Part shown: positions 30,108 through 32,728 of the stretch, one piece after another
How positions within the stretch are numbered: the first letter of the stretch is position 1
Layout: every line of letters starts with the position of its first letter
From: Parcubacteria group bacterium GW2011_GWA2_45_30
Lineage (GTDB): Bacteria > Patescibacteriota > Minisyncoccia > Sungbacterales > HO2-52-23
Length of the DNA: 32,728 nt
Assembly: GCA_001001625.1 (NCBI GenBank)
Contig: LCKU01000002.1
Span: 1-32,728, forward strand
Direction: 5' to 3'
The notes under the pieces: model-generated
Database searches by the model: none
Told to the model about the DNA's origin: nothing
The model's input: the letters and a program-made list of their open reading frames with translations, nothing else
Translations under genes and position numbers: made by a program

Positions 30108-30479
30108 TCATAAATTGAATAGTTCACAGCCAAATGCCGCAATTCTTTGAAATATATTTAGTTGACCCGCGGCTTCCCATGCTTGATACTTGTCGGGGTA
30201 ATATTTTTCACAGAATCCCATATTTGAAGGTATGTATATCAAAACAAATAAAATCAAAAGGACGCTTACCCAAAAATATAGTGTGGTTTTGAAAAGATGA
30301 ACCTGTTCTTTCTTATAGATTCTGAAAAACAAATTAATTCCGACAAGTACCAAAAATTCAAGAATTATCAATGCACTCGCACCCAATATTTCTTCTCCTC
30401 TTGGTCTTTCATAAAAAGCAAAAACATTTATTGCTACAAATAAAGTGAGAAGAATAAAATTTATTTTTTGATTACTCAT
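30108..30479 (-). CDS. Hypothetical small membrane protein (123 aa), AT-rich gene
   Basis: Three to four hydrophobic helices follow MSNQKINFILLTLFVAINVF. Composition is visibly more AT-rich than the neighbours. The ORF-track version adds a GC-rich 64-aa N-terminal extension that I regard as doubtful. Confidence 0.5.
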   Translation of the reverse strand: MSNQKINFILLTLFVAINVFAFYERPRGEEILGASALIILEFLVLVGINLFFRIYKKEQVHLFKTTLYFWVSVLLILFVLIYIPSNMGFCEKYYPDKYQAWEAAGQLNIFQRIAAFGCELFNL

Positions 30480-30679
30480 ATTATTGATCCGGACTGCTTT
30501 ATGAAAAAAATTTTCTTTTCCCAAAATTAAATATGGTTCCCCGCCAGCAACGCTTGAAGCGTAGCTTCTGCGGACCGGGAGCCGACCCGCCTGCCAGTCG
30601 CTATCGCTCCAGGCGATTGCGGACAGGTGTTTTTCTCCAGGTTCTTCTTGTGGTGAGCGAAGTCGCACCATGGCGGTTT

Positions 30680-30916
30680 TTATCGGTGTGAAGTTGTAAT
30701 CAATCCTTGAGAAAATTGTTTTAATACCGAGCGTTGAGATCGAAATTCGTCAAAGCTAAAATCGTAGAGATTGATCCGAACAATCTCCCCCTTTTTGTCA
30801 TGGTCGAGTACCATGTTTCCCTGAATATCGGAATCAACGCTTTTTTTCTTTCCTATTTCAACGATAAGTACCCGACTATTTTTATCATATGAAATTTTTA
30901 TATTTTTTTTACTCAT
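30680..30916 (-). CDS. DUF2283-family protein (putative antitoxin-like partner)
   Basis: KISYDKNSRVLIVEIGKKKSVDS....VLDHDKKGEIVRINLYD fits the DUF2283 pattern, and the gene has a 4-nt overlap with the upstream DUF4258-like gene. Confidence 0.6.
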   Translation of the reverse strand: MSKKNIKISYDKNSRVLIVEIGKKKSVDSDIQGNMVLDHDKKGEIVRINLYDFSFDEFRSQRSVLKQFSQGLITTSHR

Positions 30917-31161
30917 AAATATTTCTTCACTTTGGAGGTGTCGATAATAGTTATAATTTCGAGGATGTCATCTTTTTCTTCGCCCACAATTAACAGTAAT
31001 CTTGCTTTGCCGTTCTTGCGATAGAGTTTCTTTATGAGCATTCTGCCCTTTTGATCATAACCAATTCGGGTTGGATTAGCAATCGCATCTTTAATAGTCC
31101 TTTCAGAAATACGCCGTTCATGCATTCGTTCCCTGACGTGTGGCTTGACAATGTATTTCAT
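30913..31161 (-). CDS. DUF4258-family protein (putative toxin-like partner)
   Basis: The N-terminal HVRERMHERRISERTIKDAI is typical of DUF4258. It is small, basic, and has an ATGA overlap with the downstream DUF2283-like gene. Confidence 0.6.
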   Translation of the reverse strand: MKYIVKPHVRERMHERRISERTIKDAIANPTRIGYDQKGRMLIKKLYRKNGKARLLLIVGEEKDDILEIITIIDTSKVKKYL

Positions 31162-31197
31162 AAAAAAATAATATGAATTTCACCCCGTTAGATATAA

Positions 31198-31269
31198 TCC
31201 CCTCGGGAGGAATTGAACCTCCATCAAGGGCTTAGAAGACCCCTACTCTATCCATTGAGCTACGAGGGG
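31198..31269 (-). tRNA. tRNA-Arg (anticodon TCT)
   Basis: Hand-folded cloverleaf: acceptor CCCCTCG/CGAGGGG, D-arm GCTC-AATGGATA-GAGT, anticodon arm GGGGT-CTTCTAA-GCCCT, T-arm GGAGG-TTCAATT-CCTCC, discriminator A. It has an unusual C1-G72 pair and no encoded CCA. Confidence 0.8.
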
Positions 31270-31304
31270 GCTATACCTAACGGGGCAAGTTGAATCACGA
31301 GGGC

Positions 31305-32642
31305 TTATCGTTTGAAATATTCCACAATTTTTTCTTTAGGAATTTCTTTCTGCTCGCGCGTAACCAAATTTTTCACCGTAACCGTGCTTCTTTTGCTTTC
31401 ATTTTCGCCCAAAATGACGACATACGGAATTTCTTTTTTTACGGCATAAGCCAACTGGGCCTGGAACGCGCGGTCATCCCCAAGATAAAAAGATGTATTG
31501 ATATTTGCCGCGCGCATAACTTGCGCAAGTTCCAGATATTCTTTTTTTAGTTCAGGCAAAAGATTTAAGATTAGGACTTTTACGGAGGTCTGCTTTTTTT
31601 TAAGCAAATTCAATTTCTCAAACACAGCGTACAATCTATCCACTCCGATTGATCCGCCTACGGTCGGCAATTTTTGTCCGGTAAATGGAACGGTGAGAAA
31701 ATCATATCTGCCACCGGATGCCACACTGCCAAACTCTTTGGCGTCGGTCAAATACGTCTCAAATACCGATCCGGTATAATATCCGAGTCCGCGCGCCACC
31801 GAATAATCAATCTCCCAGTTTTCCGGTAAAACCCCGGCTGTATTCAGATTTCTGGCAATTTCAATAAGTTCGTTAATGCCTTCCTCGGCCGCCGCATTCC
31901 CCCGCAACGTTTCCCGCGCTTTTATAAGCCGGGTTTTGGTATCTCCGGAAATAGCGATAATTTCCCAAATTTTTGCCGCAACTTTTTCTTTAAATACTTT
32001 TTTCAATTCTTTTTTCAACGCCTCCTCCCCGATTTTTTCTTTTTTATCAACCAAGCGCAAAAGTTCCGGCAATTTTTTTTCAGGAAATCCGGCATACTGC
32101 GGCAACCCGTTCAGAACCTTACGATTATTAATTTTTATAATGAATTTGCTAAGCCCGAGGTTTTTGAATGTTTTCCAGATCACGGCAATAATTTCCGCGT
32201 CCGCGTCCGTAGAGGATGCGCCCGCAATATCAAGGTCGGCCTGCAAAAACTCGCGGTATCGTCCGGCTTGTGGCGATTCGCCCCGCCACACGTTCCCAAT
32301 CTGATATCGCTTAAATGGTTTGGGAATTTCGGGATTAACCGCCAGAAATCTGGCCAGCGGCACGGTTAAATCAAAGCGAAGCGACAGGTCCGATTTTTTT
32401 TCTTTTGATCCGCGAACGTTAAATATAATTTTCCCTGATTCTTTCTCCCCGCCGAGCAAAACTTCAGTCCGCTCCACCGCAGGCGTTTCCATGGGATCAA
32501 ATCCGAAATCCTCAAAGGTCTTATGGATCTTTTCAAGCAGTCGCTGACGTAGAATTGCGTCTCCGCTGCCATAGTCGCGAAAACCGCCCCCAAGTTCGGG
32601 TTTTATGCGTTTTTCTTGGGTTTTCTTCCTTAATTTCGGCAT
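31305..32642 (-). CDS. hisS: Histidine--tRNA ligase
   Basis: Class II aaRS motif 2 (WRGESPQAGRYREFLQADLD), a HisRS-type motif 3 region (GGGRYD-like SGGRYDF ... GGSIGVDR), and a C-terminal anticodon-binding domain (VVILGENE...VTVKNL). Confidence 0.9.
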   Translation of the reverse strand: MPKLRKKTQEKRIKPELGGGFRDYGSGDAILRQRLLEKIHKTFEDFGFDPMETPAVERTEVLLGGEKESGKIIFNVRGSKEKKSDLSLRFDLTVPLARFLAVNPEIPKPFKRYQIGNVWRGESPQAGRYREFLQADLDIAGASSTDADAEIIAVIWKTFKNLGLSKFIIKINNRKVLNGLPQYAGFPEKKLPELLRLVDKKEKIGEEALKKELKKVFKEKVAAKIWEIIAISGDTKTRLIKARETLRGNAAAEEGINELIEIARNLNTAGVLPENWEIDYSVARGLGYYTGSVFETYLTDAKEFGSVASGGRYDFLTVPFTGQKLPTVGGSIGVDRLYAVFEKLNLLKKKQTSVKVLILNLLPELKKEYLELAQVMRAANINTSFYLGDDRAFQAQLAYAVKKEIPYVVILGENESKRSTVTVKNLVTREQKEIPKEKIVEYFKR

Positions 32643-32657
32643 TTGATGATTATAGCA
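32643..32657 (-). promoter_or_regulatory. Extended -10 (TGCTATAAT) placed 6 nt before the hisS ATG; probable leaderless transcript
   Basis: The minus strand reads TGCTATAAT-CATCAA-ATG, leaving no room for an SD. Confidence 0.45.
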
Positions 32658-32664
32658 TAAAAAA

Positions 32665-32693
32665 TTGATTTTTGGAAGTTTTTACAGTATAAT
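32665..32693 (+). promoter_or_regulatory. Promoter of the downstream tRNA gene
   Basis: TTGATT (32665-70), a 17-nt spacer, then TATAAT (32688-93), about 11 nt before the tRNA 5' end. Confidence 0.5.
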
Positions 32694-32704
32694 TTGATAG
32701 GTTG

Positions 32705-32728
32705 GCGGCTATGGTGTAGTGGCAGTCA
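32705..32728 (+). tRNA. Partial tRNA (5' acceptor stem and D-arm only); identity cannot be determined
   Basis: GCGGCTA-TG-GTGT-AGTGGCAG-TCA fits an acceptor stem, U8, a D-stem and a GG-containing D-loop. It is truncated by the window end. Confidence 0.4.

Noticed and set aside
30480-30671. 64-aa N-terminal extension of the membrane-protein ORF (MVRLRSPQEEPGEK...)
   Set aside because: Its composition switches abruptly from GC-rich to AT-rich at the internal ATG 30479. The extension contains the CGACTTCGCTCA repeat core and palindromic segments, so it is more likely non-coding repeat DNA. I could not exclude that it is real.

Overview
Gene-dense bacterial chromosomal segment using the standard genetic code: TAA, TAG and TGA all end long ORFs. 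Most genes are on the minus strand.

Housekeeping genes I recognise are hisS, recG, uvrB, ruvA, a FemAB-family transferase and murE. There are two tRNA-Arg genes (anticodons CCG and TCT) and a partial tRNA at the 3' edge.

The centre holds a 2-oxoacid/acyl-CoA block. On the plus strand are a fused E1 alpha-beta TPP-dependent dehydrogenase component and a three-gene 2-oxoacid:ferredoxin oxidoreductase (gamma-delta fusion, alpha, beta). A PaaI-type thioesterase, an acyl-CoA dehydrogenase and an SDR converge on them from the minus strand.

Accessory content:
- A nuclease cassette: YkuK/DUF458 RNase H-like protein, a DEDDy exonuclease fused to a WYL-like domain, and small hypothetical proteins.
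- An islet next to tRNA-Arg(TCT) with a RelE/YafQ-like toxin plus RelB/DinJ-like antitoxin pair and a DUF4258/DUF2283 pair.

The most unusual property of the window is the density of hairpin-forming palindromes and short-period (7-8 nt) repeat tracts. Several sit in frame inside conserved genes (uvrB twice, recG three times, ruvA, murE twice). Others form large multi-stem structures in intergenic regions (5990-6300, 19718-19863, 22623-22752, 29789-29898).

I saw no CRISPR array, rRNA, transposase, integrase or reverse transcriptase. The gene content resembles reduced-genome uncultivated bacteria (CPR/Patescibacteria-like), but that is inference only. All family calls come from motif recognition by eye, not from searches.
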